64,000 nt of DNA from contig NC_086097.1 in NCBI RefSeq assembly GCF_963921235.1, positions 81,904,001 to 81,968,000 of the forward strand, written 5' to 3'. Of this stretch, positions 12,470-26,189 are shown one piece after another. Each line of letters begins with the position of its first letter. Position 1 is the stretch's first letter. The notes below the pieces were generated by a model. That model was not told the DNA's origin. It did not search any database and saw nothing but the letters and a program-made list of their open reading frames with translations. The DNA comes from Mobula hypostoma (taxonomy: Eukaryota). Position numbers and translations under genes: made by a program.

Positions 12470-13075
12470 TTCCTAACCTCGGTCCTAAAAGGCTTCCCCT
12501 TTATCCTCAAACTGCCTCGTTCTGGACTTCCCCCACATCGGGAACAATCATCCTGCATCTAGCCTGTCCAATCCCTTTAGGATTTTATACGTTTCAATAA
12601 GATCCCCCCTCAATCTTCTAAATTCCAACGAGTATAAGCCTAGTCGATCCAGTCTTTCATCATATGAAAGTCCTGCCATCCCAGGAATCAATCTGGTGAA
12701 CTTTCTTTGTACTCCCTCTATGGCAAGAATGTCTTTCCTCAGATTAGGGGACCAAAACTGCACATAATACTCCAGGTGTGATCGCACCAAGGCCTTGTAC
12801 AACTGCAGTAGTACCTCCCTGCTCCTGTACTCGAATCCTCTTGCTATGAATGCCAGCATACCATTCGCCTTTTTCACCGCCTGCTGTACCTGCATGCCCA
12901 CTTTCAATGACTGGTGTATAATGACACCCAGGTCTTGTTGCACCTCTCCTTTTCCTAATCGGCCACCATTCAGATAATAATCTGTTTTCCTTTTTTTGCC
13001 ACCAAAGTGGATAACCTCACATTTATCCACATTAAATTGCATCTGCCATGAATTTGCCCACTCACCCAACCTATC
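12470..13075 (-). mobile_element. Young CR1 ORF2 C-terminal fragment
   Basis: 173-aa open frame WQMQFNVDKC..LYKALVRSHLEY..LRGDLIETYKI. Confidence 0.92.
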
Positions 13076-14174
13076 AGGTGGTATGGACCATAGTCCAGTA
13101 GTTTTATTGTTTTAACTAATAAAGTGAGATACTTATTTTTAACCAATTTAATTAAATGAAATTAAATTCCGTACTGCCTTGGTAGAAATTAGTATAATCT
13201 ACCCAGCACTATTAAACTGGTTCGCTTAGTTATTCATTCAGCGTACCACTGGAAACAATCAAGTCCCACTCCAAAGATGAGAACAACTGGACAACGAGGA
13301 AACCAGAGATGTTACTTTTTGATTCATAGATTAAACTATATGCCTGACTATCCTCACAGGAGGACTTAAGACACAATGGTACTGTTAGAAGATAGATCTG
13401 GAGTTGTACTGGTGAGAGTAATTCCTCAGTTAACTCACTAGAACAGATATCAGGTCACTGTTGCTTGTGAAACGTAACTATGAGCAAGTTCTCTACTCCT
13501 TTTAGAACTTCCAGAAGTGCAATAAATTGTGAATGAGATAACACCCTGGCCATAAGTCCCAAATAAGATGAAATATATGCATTAAGTTTCATGGCAATTT
13601 AAAGAAAAATGAATATTAATATCTTCCCAAGGTGTCAGCTGCAATGAGCAATTTTATTTTTAAATACCTACTTTCTTTGCACATCAATTGCAAGAGTTCT
13701 GCTCTTGTTTATCAACTGTTTCCATCTACAATGGCTGTAAAAAGTTTCATTTGTGAGTGACAGTACAGCACACACATGACTTGAAAATCCAGGTGGAATG
13801 ATTGATTCTGTAATCAGGTAACATTCTGTATCAAAGAAAGTTGACAATTTAATACAGAAAGGGAGCAGCAGGAGGGAAAATCACAAATCACAGTTAATAA
13901 AAGATCAAAAGCTTACTCCAACAATGTGAATATTTGATATCTGTCTGAATTGATGCAAGTATAGAGATATCCACAGCTTTTGCACAATTTGTTGAATCCA
14001 ATTTATACTTCTACCACTCATCAACAAATAAACGTAGTTAAGATGCACTATGCTACCTCAAGAGCTGCCAATGAATTCTAGTTTGTAAACACGGATTGAA
14101 GTGAATAGGCAGTACAGCCAATATGTTACCAGTTAGCTCTGCACCTGACTTGAAGAGCTTGTTCTTCACTTAAT

Positions 14175-15683
14175 AGAATCAGAATCAGGTTTATTATCAC
14201 CGGCATGTGACGTGAAATTTGTTAACTTAACAGCAGCAGTTCAATGCAATACATAATCTAGCAGAGAGAGAGAGAAAAAATAATAATAAATAAAATAAAA
14301 CATAATAAATAAACAAATAAATCAATTACGTATATTGAATAGATTTTTTAAAATGTGCAGAAACAGAAATACTGTATATTAAAAAAAGTGAGGTAGTGTC
14401 CAAACCTTCAATGTCCATTTAGGAATCGGATAGCAGAGGGGAAGAAACTGTTCCTGAATTTCTGAGTGTGTGCCTTCAGGCTTCTGTACCTCCTACCTGA
14501 TGGTAACAGTGTGAAAAGGGCATGCCCTGGGTGCGGGAGGTCCTTAATAATGGACGCTGCCTTTCTGAGACACCGCTCCCTAAAGATGTCCAGGGTACTT
14601 TGTCGGCTCGTGCCCAAGGTGGAGGTGACTAGATTTACAACCTTCCGCAGCTTCTTTCGGTCCTGTGCAGTAGCCCCTCCATACCAGACAGTGATGCAGC
14701 CTGTCAGAATGCTCTCCATGGTACAACTATAGAAGTTTTTGAGTGTATTTGATGACTTGCCAAATCTCTTCAAACTCCTAATAAAGTATAGCCACTGTCT
14801 TGCCTTCTTTATAACTACATCAGTATGTTGGGACCAGGTTAGGTCCTCAGAGATCTTGACACGGAGGAACTTGAAGCTGCTCACTCTCTCCACTTCTGAT
14901 CCCCCTATGAGGATTGGTATGTGTTCCTTTGTCTTACCCTCCCTGAAGTCCACAATCAGCTCTTTCGTCTTACTGACATTGTGCCAGGATGTTGCTGTGA
15001 CACCACTCCACTAGTTGGCATATCTCACTCCTGTATGCACTCTTGTCACCACCTGAGATTCTACTAACAATGGCTGTATCGTCAGCAAATTTATAGATGG
15101 TATTTGAGCTATGCCTAGCCACACAGTCATGTGTACAAAAGAGTAGAGCAGTGGGCTAAGCACACACCCTTGAGGTGTACCAGTGTTGATCGTCAGCAGG
15201 GAGGATATGTTTTCACCAATCTGCACACACTGTGGTCTTCCAGTTAGGAAGTCGAGGATCCAGAGGGAGGTACAGAAGCCCAGGTTCTGCAACTTCTTAA
15301 TCAGGATTGTGGGAATGACGGTATTAAATGCTGAGCTGTAGTCGATGAACAGCATCCTGACGTAACAGCATCCTGTGTTGCCTAGGTCGTCTAAAGTCGT
15401 GTGGAGAGCCATTGAGATTGCGTTTGCCATTGACCTATTGTGGCAATAGGCAAATTGCAATGGGTCCAGGTCTTTGCTGAGGCAAGAGTTCTGTCTAGTC
15501 ATGACCAACCTCTCAAAGCATTTCATCACTGTCGATGTGAGTGCTACCAGGCGATAGTCATTAAGGCAGCCGACATTATTCCTCTTTGGTACTGGTATAA
15601 TTGTTGCCTTTTTGAAGCAAGTGGCAACTTCTGCCCATAACAGTGAGAGGTTGAATATGTCCTTGAATACCCCACTAGTTGGT
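14175..15683 (-). mobile_element. Rex1/Babar-type LINE, 5'-truncated
   Basis: [45 protein letters not shown]-terminus LLPSGRRYRSL..NSFFPSAIR; (GATTCT)n tail. Confidence 0.88.
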
Positions 15684-15881
15684 GTTGCTCTTTACAATGA
15701 TGTTGCCAAAATTCACTCCAAGTAATATTTTCAATCTTCAGTGATGATAGGGAAAGCTCTAGAATGCAGAAGTCAAAGATGCACTGAAGTTGTCTAAGAT
15801 CCCATTGCTTGATGATGTATATGATGGACTCAATGGTCTGGTGTTGATGGGGTATGGGCTGAATAAAATAGCATTAGTATA

Positions 15882-16664
15882 CAGTACTGTGGTAAAGTTT
15901 TAGGGACAGATATGTATAACTAGGATGCCTAAGGCTTTTTCACAGTACTATAGCAATTTTATGTTGCAATGTACTGGTGTCGCAAAAAAAGAACAAATTT
16001 CATGACACATGAGTGATGATAAACCTGATTCTGATACGGGTCTCTATTATGGACTGAGAGTGGGAAGGGACAGCGAGAGGGAAATCATGACTGGGAAAAG
16101 GGTAAGGGAGAGGGGAAGAAGCAGGAAGCACCAGAGAGACATTCCGTAATGATCAATAAATCAATTGTTTGGAATCAAATGACTTTGCCTGGTATCTCAA
16201 GACTGGGTGTGTCTGTACCCGTGCCAACCCCCACTCCTGGTGCTCTTTCTCTGCAACCTGTTCCACACTCCTCCCACACACTCCACCCTCACCATTTCCA
16301 TTATCCTTTGCTCCTGCCAGATTTTTATTTATTTGTTTGTTTGTTTGTTTGTTTTTTTGTTTATTGAGATACAGCTTGGAATAAGCCCTTTGAGGTCTGT
16401 CACCCAGCAGTCCCCCGAGTTAATTCTAGCCTAGTCACAGGACAATTTACAAAGACCAATTAACCTCCCAACCACATGGTTTTTGGACAGTGCGAAGAAA
16501 CCAGAGCACCTGGAGGAAACCCATGCAGTCACGGGGAGAACGTACAAACACATTGCAGGCAGCAGCAGGACAAATTCACTCTCTGATTCGTGTTGATAAA
16601 TAGAGTACTGTGTGAAAATCTTAGGCACTCTAGCTACTGTGACAATGGCTTTTGCACAGTACTG
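15882..16664. mobile_element. Tc1-like composite bounded by two mini-MITE hairpins (15882-15950, 16603-16664), containing a LINE tail and a V-SINE
   Basis: TA-flanked CAGTACTGTG.../...CACAGTACT(G) palindromes at both ends; V-SINE(-) at ~16360-16575. Confidence 0.65.
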
Positions 16665-17130
16665 TATATGGGTGTTTAATGGTCAGTGTAGAGGAGACTG
16701 TTTCCATGTTATAGAGAAATGCAAGGGATGATTACCTTCAGTGTGTGAGCCCCTATTGTTCCCTTCCCCCCTCAACCAAATCATGCAAGCAGGTTACCTG
16801 TTAATTATTGCTGTGTCATTTCAAGAATCTTGTTGTGGTCCAACTGGCTGTAAGTCTCCAACTTTGAAACAATAACAGGTTATCAAAAGTTACCTGGATG
16901 TTCCAAGGCCATGAAGGGGGAAATGTAAAATGAAAGCTCTTCCTTTCATTCATCCAATGTAGCACAAAAAAGCACTGCTTCTGATCTGAGTTCTTGCAAT
17001 TAAGCAAAAGTGACATGAGGAAAAGTAAGTCAGCTTGTGGGACTACCTAGATTTTGCTTTTGTCTGGCATATTGTTGAGCTATTTGATGTTCATTTCTGA
17101 CTGATGATGTTGCAGCAGTTACAATCATTT

Positions 17131-18331
17131 TGAACTGAATTGGATTGACTTTATTTCTTACATCCTTCACATACCTGAGGAGTAAAAACCTTTACGTTAC
17201 ATCTCCATCTAAATGTGCAATGTGCAATCATAGTAGTTTATAATAATTTATAATAAATTGAACAGCCAATGTAATATGGAATACACTCAAATCAGCGTGA
17301 GTTCAACAGTCTGATGGCCTGGTGGAAGAAGCTGTCCCAGAGCCTGTTGGTCCTGGCTTTTATGCTGCAGTACCATTTCCCGAATGGTAGCAGCTGGAAC
17401 AGTTTGTTGTTGGGGTGACTCGGGACCCCAATGATCCTTCAGGCCCTTTTTTCACACCTGTCTTTGTAAACGTCCTAAATCATGGGAAGTTCACAGCTAC
17501 AGATGTGCTCTCTGCAGAATCCTGTGATTAAGGGAGGTACAGTTCCCATACCAGGCACTGATGCAGCCAGTCAGGATGCTCTCAGTTGTGCCCCTGTGGA
17601 AAGTTCTTAGGATTTGGGGGCCCAAACCAAACTTCCTCAACTGTCTGAGGTGAAAGAGGTGCTGTTGTGCCTTTTTCACCACACAGCTGGTGTGTACAGG
17701 CCACATGAGGTCCTCGGTGATGTGAATGCTGAGGAACTTAAAGCTGTTTACCCTCTCAACCCCAGATCCATTGATGTCAATAGGAGTTAGCCTGCCTCCA
17801 TCCCTCCTGTAATCCACAACCAGCTCCTTTGTTTTTGCAACATTGAGGGAGAGGTTGTTTTCTTTACACCGCTGTGTCAGAGAGATGACCTCTTCGCTGT
17901 AGGTCACCTGGTTATTGTTTGAGATAAGGCCAATCAATGTAGTATCGTCGGCAAACTTACTCAGCAGATTAGAGCTGTGGATGGCGACACAGTCATAAGT
18001 ATACAGGGAGTAAAGGAGGGGACTTAGTACACAGCCCAGAGGGACTCCTGTGTTGAGAGGCAGAGGGGTGGAGGTGAGGGAACCCACACTTACCACCTGC
18101 CACAATCTGACAGGAAGTCCAGGATCCAGCTGCACAAAGCAGGGTCAAGGCTGAGGTCTCTGAGCTTCTTGTCGAGCCTGGATGGAATTATGGTGTTGAA
18201 TGCTGAACTGTAGTCCAAGAACAGCATTCTCACATAAGCATCCTTCTTCTCCAGATGTGTAAGGATGGTATGTAGTGCAGTGGCTATTGCGTTGTCTGTC
18301 GATCAGCTGTGTCAGTAGGCAAATTGTAGGG
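17131..18331 (-). mobile_element. Rex1/Babar-type LINE, 5'-truncated
   Basis: ORF 17497..18135(-): [35 protein letters not shown]. Confidence 0.88.
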
Positions 18332-19519
18332 AATAATTTTACAAAGACAGTGACAAGAGACACCAAACATGTACTGGTAATTCTTCAAATTTCACTTTCC
18401 ATTCACTTGTGTGAAATGTGCTTGATTATCATGGAGGCGAAGAGTGAAGAAATGAAAATTAAAACTTAGTTGTTTCATGGCTGAAATTAAATACCCAGGA
18501 GAACACATGCACCTAGAAAAGAGGAAAATGAGCAACACACAGAATGCTGGAGGAACTCGGAAGGCCAAGCAGCATCTATGGAAATGAATGATGTTTTGGG
18601 CTGAGACACTTCTTACAGGGTAGACTTGTGTCACTCTTCAACATGGCCATGCCTCATGATCTACCCAGTTCTATCTTCCCCATACCTGTTTGTCTCTTGA
18701 ACTGAGAAATATATCTAGCTTCTTCTTAAATATATTCAAGAAACCTTCTTAAATATATCCAGCCACCTGGGGTAGCAAATTTCACAGTTCTGGCTCTGTC
18801 TGGGTGAAGAGCTTTCTCCTCACCCCAGTCCTAAATCTTTTGACTGTTACCTGAGATGGCAACTGCTCAACCAGGTCACCTCACTTTAGTGTGAAAGATG
18901 CAAGGTGCCGGTATGTGATTTGTTGAAAACTTACACAAAGTGGTACTTGGTTCCTAACTCAGACAAGTTGCTGCATGGAACAAAAATGATTAGGAGAGCT
19001 CTGAGCCAGTTGTGTAACTATCGCTGTCATTCTGGGCAGAACGTTTACATTTAACAGACATAAAGAAGCAACCCATTGCTTTGTGTCTTTCAGGTGATTT
19101 TGATTGAATAATCTGAAACACCATGATGCTTTAGCCTTGGAATCAAGCTTCTATCTTCCATTTATTAAAAAGCTCAATGGCTGCTGTTGCTATGAACCAC
19201 TCACTGTGGCAAAGTTTTCCAAAGTTCACCAAATTTCAGTGGTATTTTATCTAATCCTCTTTCCTTTTTACTGTGGGTAAGAGCTTCAAATTAATGAATG
19301 TTCCTGACTCAGTGAATATATACTGAGAAATTCTTTCCTGGCTAGTGGCAATAATGACACAAGTTAGCTGCGTCAGCACATTGAGCTCTGTCTCCAGAGT
19401 TCACTCTGTGGGAGTTCAAACTGCTGCCACAACTCGGCTACAAGTTTAATGACAGTTTTTTGGCAAATGTCTTTCTGGAGTTATTTTAATAACATGATTC
19501 ACATATTTTGAAGATGAAT

Positions 19520-20400
19520 CATTTGGCACTAGAGCTTCTGATATGTCCTCCTACATCCAGAAACATGGCCTCCCCTCTGCCACAGTTGACAGAACCCTCA
19601 TGAATTTGCTCCATTTCGCACACATCTGCCTTCATCCCATCTTCCTAAGGCAGGACAACAACAGATTTCTCTTGGTCCTCCCATTTTACTCTAATTGGAC
19701 TCAACCTCCATCATTTCGATGAGCTCCAGTCACATTTTCCCATCTGCACCGTAGATACTTGACTGCTTTCTGCAGAGCTGATTCGTTGTGACTTCCTGGT
19801 CCACTCATCTTAACTCCCACCCACCCTTCCCATCACCAATATGTTCCCGTGCAAGTCCACGAGCTGTAAAGCCTCTCCCTTCACCTCCCTCACTACCACC
19901 CAGAGACCTAAAGAGCTCTTCCCAGTGAGCCAAAGCTTTATTTGCACCTTTTTCAGTTGGTCTACTGAATCTGGTACACAAGATATGGCTTCATCTACAC
20001 TGGGGAAACCAAGCGTAGACTAGGTAATCATTTTACAGAGAAACCACACGGTGTCCTCAACAATCATTTCAAGCTCTGGTTGCACCTCATTTTAACTCTC
20101 TTTCCCACTCCTATACTAAATGTTTGTCCTCCACCTTGTCCTTTGCTACAAGAAGGCCAAATTCATCCTACACCTGGAGAGCTTATAACACAATGATATG
20201 AACACTAAATTTTACAGTTATTGGTAGTCCATACCAGTGCTGTTCTTCTTCCATATACACTCACCTGTCCACCTCACCTTTTACTCTTGTTATTCAGTTA
20301 TCCCATCCCCAACCCACACCTGGGTTCATCTGCCCATCGACATCTTGCCATCTGATTCCATCTATCACCTGCCAGCCTCCATCTCTCTTCTATATTAGAC
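19520..20400 (+). mobile_element. Old Penelope-like fragment
   Basis: Degraded homology to 42298-43249 (TTCCCGTGCAAG.., ATCTACACTGGGGAAACCAAGCGTAGACTAGG = YIGETKRRLG-like). Confidence 0.65.
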
Positions 20401-20499
20401 AACAACACCCATCAGCCTATTCAATTAATTCCTGCAAATTCTCACAAGCCTCTGCAGTTTGCCACTCTCTATCATTTTGGGATCATATCAATCTATATA

Positions 20500-20686
20500 T
20501 TTTTTGTTGTTCTGTCATTTAGTCTAGTCCGACTCTTTGTTTTCATGGCAAGATACTGAAGTAGATTGCCAGACCTTTCTTCCGCACAGATACTGCTGCT
20601 GCCCAGGTTGGGACCCGGCTGGGTTTGAACTCAGGACCATCTGCTTTGAAGTCCAGTGCTAATGCCACTACACCACCAGCCAGCCC
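20500..20686 (-). mobile_element. tRNA-headed SINE with RTE/Bov-A-like tail
   Basis: A box TGGTGTAGTGG, B box GAGTTCAAACC; tail TGGCAATCTACTTCAGTATCTTGCC..AAAGAGTCGGACTAGAC..CAACAAAAAA; 13-bp TSD ATCA(A/G)TCTATATA at 20487-20499 and 20687-20699. Confidence 0.85.
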
Positions 20687-22494
20687 ATCAGTCTATATAA
20701 ACCCTATCATTTATCTCTAATGAATGAAATAATGTTTCAAAGCAATGAATTTTGATTAACCTGTTTTGAAATATCCTCAACCTGAAATTTTATTTCTGTT
20801 TTTCTCTCCCAGAATGACTTTTAGAGTGTTTTCAACATTTTCATTTTGTATTTCAGATTTTCAGCAATTGTGGTATTTTGCTTTTGTATGCAAATTATCT
20901 ATTCATACCAAAAACAAAATTAACCCCCACACACTAATCTGAGGCAAGTCATGATGCAACTTCACCAGTCTCCCTATTACCTTATTGCTTTCTTTCCTGT
21001 CTAAGACACCCATGCATCCATTCTGTAATATTTTATTCGAAATTTTCTTAGGATGGGAAAAGGCTGTCCCAACTACTGTCCACCCCGAAGCACCTCAAGA
21101 ACCTCATGGTGAGTTACTTTTGATGCAATAGGGTGACTTAGCCTTTTAGAGCGTTAGAGTGAGACACATTAGCATTTAAACTTATAGCTCTTTGTGCTTC
21201 ACTTCTGCTAATAAACAGTTAACAAATATTATAATGTTATAAACAAAGGTTTGTAATAAGCCTTCTGTGAAAAGATTCATTGAAATCCTTCTAAAAATTG
21301 ATATTAAACAACATCAGTTTCTCCACCCAATCAGTCTTTCTTCAAAATATATTGTTACTGTTGTCTTTAATGTTTCTCGGGTTGGCATAACCATTTCAAA
21401 GTATTAATATAAGGGATGAAAAATCATGGGGAAACAAATCTAATGCTCTCATTCCTGAAGAAAATAATTTCAACATTGGCTTATGCCAGGGTGGTGTAAC
21501 ACTATTAAGACAGCAGGACATCAGCAGTACTATCATTTGATATGTCAGTTAAATATAGTCAAACACAATGAAAAACCCAATGAAGAGGCTTTTAAACCGA
21601 CAGGAAGCAAATGCTCAGCATAAAATAAATGAAAATGATTAAAAGATTAAATTCTGTCAATGAAGTGCAGAATGGTCTCACCACCTTAGGAAGAATTGTG
21701 TGCTAAATAGACTCAACTTTAGGTTTACCACACAGTGGGAGAACTGATATTTTTTCAAATGTGAAAAACATGCAACCGGAATATGGTGTTATCATAAGCC
21801 ACGTAAGTGATACGATCTCTGGAATGAGACAACTACCTTGAAATCACTTCAAAATTGTTTTTTAATGCACCAGTTTGTTGCCATAAAGTCATATCTATGT
21901 CTTGTGCTCATTCCCTAATGCACAAAAAGGGCTCTCTGTAAATTTCTCAAATGCAGCATGCATTTAAAATACATATCTACTTCTGATTATCAAATATTTT
22001 ACATTATACATGAAAAATGTGCACTGTAATCTTAATGGGCTAATTCAATACAGTTTGTGGAGGCAGTAGCTATCAGTACAGAACATAGCATTGGGGCCAC
22101 TCTGCTGTTGACTTTCATACTGACAGTAATAATTGAGTTTGTTATGACAAGTTTCATGATAAATATCAGTTAGCTGCTTAATAAAAAGGTATTATAGTTG
22201 TGATGTGCAATAAAAGAAGTTCACCAGAGAACTTAATAATTAAAGGATAAATAAAGTGTGTATTCATGTTCAGATGCAAAAGATACATCATACAGCAGTG
22301 TTATTCAGGGAGAAATGATCTGAAAATACTTACACTAACTGTTTATTTTATGCACTGGATACAGACTGTGTCATAGTTTTCCATTAAGTTTACTCAAATG
22401 TGTATCAAAATGTATTCAAATGTCTTTTGCGCTCGATTGAAAATGTTTAAAGTGCAAAATAGTATTCTCCTCATGATATGGAAAATAGACTTTT

Positions 22495-23357
22495 ATTTAT
22501 TTATTTTAAAGATAAAACAGGTGGAACAGGCTCTTCCGGCCTAACCAGCTGCAACATCCAGCAGCCGACCTATTTAACCTCAGCCGCATCACAGGATAAT
22601 CTATAGTGACCGATTAACCTATTAAATGGCATGTCTTTGGACTGTGCGAGGAAACAGGAGCAGCCTGAGGACACCCACGTGCTCATACCAACTTCTTACA
22701 GAGGATGGCGGAATTGAACTTTAAACTCTGACAGCCTGAGCTGTAATGGCATCAGACTAACTTGAACATAGGGTTGCCAACTGTCCTGTATTTGCCGGGA
22801 CATCCCGTACATTGGGCTAAATTGGTTTGCCTCATACGGGACCGCCCTTGTCCCGTATTTCCCTTGCTAATGTAGAGTATTCCTAGGCAACCGTTCGTAA
22901 GTGGAAATGGCGTAAAGTGAAGAAGCAGTTACCATTAATTTATATGGGAAAAATATTTGAGCGTTCCCAGACCCAAAAAAATAACTTACCAAATCATACC
23001 AAATAACACATAAAGCCTAAAATAACACTGACATATAGTAAAAGCAGGAATGATATGATAAATACACAGCCTATATAAAGTAGAGATAATGTATGTAGAG
23101 TGTAGTTTCATGTAACAGAATCGGGAAGACTAAGCTAAAACCGATTTGTAGAAAAAAACCAGCACGTACACGCATGTGCACGTCACGCATGCGCACGTAC
23201 ACACATGTGCACGTCACGCATGCGCACAGGTGCCCGTGCAAGGCTTCATGGTCATGGTAGTCTTTCTTGGGGTAAACCCAAGTGTCCCGTATTTGACTCC
23301 TACTTTTGTCCCTTATTTGGGAGTGAGAAAGTTGGCAACCCTGACTGCTACACTACC
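22495..23357 (-). mobile_element. V-SINE interrupted by a hAT MITE fragment
   Basis: TCTTTGGACTGTGCGAGGAAAC..CACCCACG motif; head GACTAA|CTGCTACACTACC split by the insert. Confidence 0.7.
22769..23343. mobile_element. TAGGGTTGCCAACT-TIR hAT MITE (same family as the inner part of 10240-11013)
   Basis: TIRs TAGGGTTGCCAACT / AGTTGGCAACCCTG; interior alignable with 10370-10874. Confidence 0.9.
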
Positions 23358-24534
23358 TTGGTGTATTTCTGCAGCTAGGCTAGCAATTTTGATGTTGTGA
23401 ATCCAACTGTATCATCTGTCAAAATCACTTTTCTGCTGCTCTGGATCATTTTGGGTATTCCTGCTACTGATTTAGAAGCTTAGGGCTTCAATCTACCATG
23501 CAAAACCTTGATCCTATAGCCTAGCCTACTCTGGGCCTGTTGGAAGTTCATTTTGAATTTCTTCAGTTATAAAATAATTTACAGTCATCACAGGGAATGC
23601 AGTTATTCAGAATCCATCTCTAAATGCCTCTCAGAATGTGGTGGCGAGCTGCCTTCTTGAACAGGACTTACCCTGTTGGTCAGTTCTACTAGATACCATC
23701 AGTGACGAGGAAGAAAGTACAATGTAGATGTAAGTCAGGATGGAGAATGAAGCTGGTGTCAAAGTGACCTGGGCAGGTAAAAGCAGCTCATGCTAGAAAT
23801 GGCACAGACAGCAGAAATAGTGTGCAGGTGATGAATTCAGTGGATGTTAAGTATTGGTTCCAATGCCAATCAAATGGGCTGCTTCGTTTTCTTCTTGGAC
23901 CCTTAGCTCCCAATGGAGCATGGACCATTGTTGACCTCCCATCTCCATTGTCCAAAGTTGTTGGTATGGTTGGAGTTCATCAATGTTTCTACTGTACAGG
24001 GGATTGTAAGCTGGCTACTTGATTGGTGTTATAGAAAATATGTACAACATTAAATTATTGGATCAGTGTTGCATATAGCAGTTACTGTGCTTGAGTTGGA
24101 AAGAAAGAATTAATCTTATTAGGAGGCTTAAAATAATCTATAGGTATTTTACACCTGATTAACTACTTTTGTTATTTAGTCCAAGAGTACTGAAGAAATG
24201 TGGGTGCAATGTACTATTTGTATGACCCTGTTGCATACACTGTAATAATGCCCAGTTAAGAGGAACTGAAGGTTGGAGAGCTGGAAGTGGCCTGTTCAGG
24301 ATTTAGAGGCCTGGCTGTGCGTGAGTTGATGGATGGGTAGGAGGAAAGGGGTGTGCTTTGCTGCTGTTGTTGTTGTTGTTGCTTGTGTCATTCTGCTTGC
24401 TGTGTTGGTGCCAGAATGTGTGGCATTGCCCCCAGCACATCCTTAGCTTGTTAACACAAACAAAGCATTTCGCTGTATGTTTCGACGTACATGTGATAAA
24501 TAAATTAATCGGATCTGAACCTGTTTTATTAATA

Positions 24535-25794
24535 CCATTGATTCCTGTTAATTGACCAATCAGTTAGTGAGGCAGCCATTTATTTGGGACAACACTTAAA
24601 GAACAAAAACAAATTGAGAAAATAGTCTGGATTATCTTCCTTTATTTGGGACACTATGCCACTTAATTTGGGCATGAGACTGTTGCTGAACATTTTCTAA
24701 TTTATGTCGACCGTGTGCACATTGTGTGATCGTTAGACATGACACTCGATTAACTACTTTTAGAGCTTAGAGTGACTCATTTTAAATAGTGTCACTTGTA
24801 TGTTTGTGTTCAAAAAGCAGTGATTTTCGTCACTGATTGTTGGCGAGTAAGAGAATTCAGAATTGTTCTACTCACTGTGGTTTCAAACAGTCAAGCTTGG
24901 AGATGCTAGCAACAGCCAGGATTGAAAATAAAACAATTTTACTACTTCAACAAGCTAAGAACTACAAAGAATGTCAAGGCATCAACAATCATCTTGAATG
25001 TGGCAATAAAAATGAAGATTTGGAGGATGCAATCAAAGCAGTCCACTATTTGCACTGTTAGGGTGTTTTGGGGTTTAGAACATTTCGCAAATACTTCAGT
25101 CACGAATCTTCAGATCCGAACATGGACTGCAGGTTAAATTTAAAATGCAACTCTGGACAATAGGTTCCTAAAAGTTGTGAGCCACAGTTAACTGGAAGAC
25201 CAGATAAGTTGATTAAGATAAATGTGTGTGTCTGTAGTGTGGGTGCAAAGAAAGAGGAGTAAAAGTTACACATAATTCAAAGGAAAGCATTGTAGATACT
25301 TGTAAATATTGAATTTTCCTTTGATCTTTACCATCTAAAATGTCATGTAGTGTTGGGTCGAGCAGGCATCTTCCTCCAAAAGGGTCTCAATGTGATGCCT
25401 GCTGTGTCTCATTTTGTCAGATAAAGAAACTACTTCATATCTACCAACTACTTCTCTCCAGTGACTTTCTTCATGCGTCCATATGCACTAGGTGTCTGCA
25501 CTGATTTTGTTCATTTACAGTCAATCGTTTACAGTCAGTGTACACTGAATGAATTCCTCTGTCGATAACTATTAGCCACTAATACACAGTTTTATAGTAG
25601 TGTAGTAGTTTTGTTGGTGTTCTCATTTATTTTGTAATTCATTTAAATACATAATTTATTACCCAGTTAAACAGTAGTTTGTCTTTTTTATACCTTTATA
25701 ACTATTTCCATGAAACTTCAACTAATTGGGGCAGATGCTTAATTGGGCCAAAATGTACTGGTCCTGATGTTTTCCAAGTAAGTGGAATCCACTG
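24535..25794. mobile_element. Tigger/pogo-like non-autonomous DNA transposon
   Basis: Degenerate TIRs CCATTGATTCCTGTTAATTG / CAAGTAAGTGGAATCCACTG, TA-flanked. Confidence 0.55.
25056..25483 (+). mobile_element. Probable solo LTR nested in the Tigger-like element
   Basis: Starts TGTTAG; 5-bp direct repeat TGCAC at 25051-25055 and 25484-25488; ends TA rather than CA. Confidence 0.55.
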
Positions 25795-26189
25795 TATTGA
25801 TGAAATATGGACATTGACTGCAACCACAGATGAGAAGTTATTGTGGCTAATATCCATTATGCCACCTTGTCCCTACTTTCTGTAATATTTTCAGGAGATC
25901 AGTCCACTTGGGAAGGCTGAAGGTTTTCACTTGAATTCCCCATCCAAAAAGGACATTCAGCAAAGCAGTTTTCCCACAGTACTAAACTGAAATGCCTACT
26001 TAGTTTTTTTTGGGTGGTCAGATCCCTGGAATTAGACTCCAGCCCACATGATCAGAATGCAACCATGTAAATTACAGGTACCACCTCCAAATTGTTGTCG
26101 CAAAGTCGACATTTCAATGATAACTCATGACCTGTAAAGCACTAGAATGAGATCATGTTTTGTATTCTGTGATTGTCTTGGATCATAGA

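Noticed and set aside
20600..20686. tRNA gene (also 4690-4774)
   Set aside because: A/B boxes are followed by SINE bodies and TSDs; no intact cloverleaf is evident.
25900..26070. Possible ancient Deu-type SINE remnant
   Set aside because: Too degraded to support by eye; needs an HMM search.
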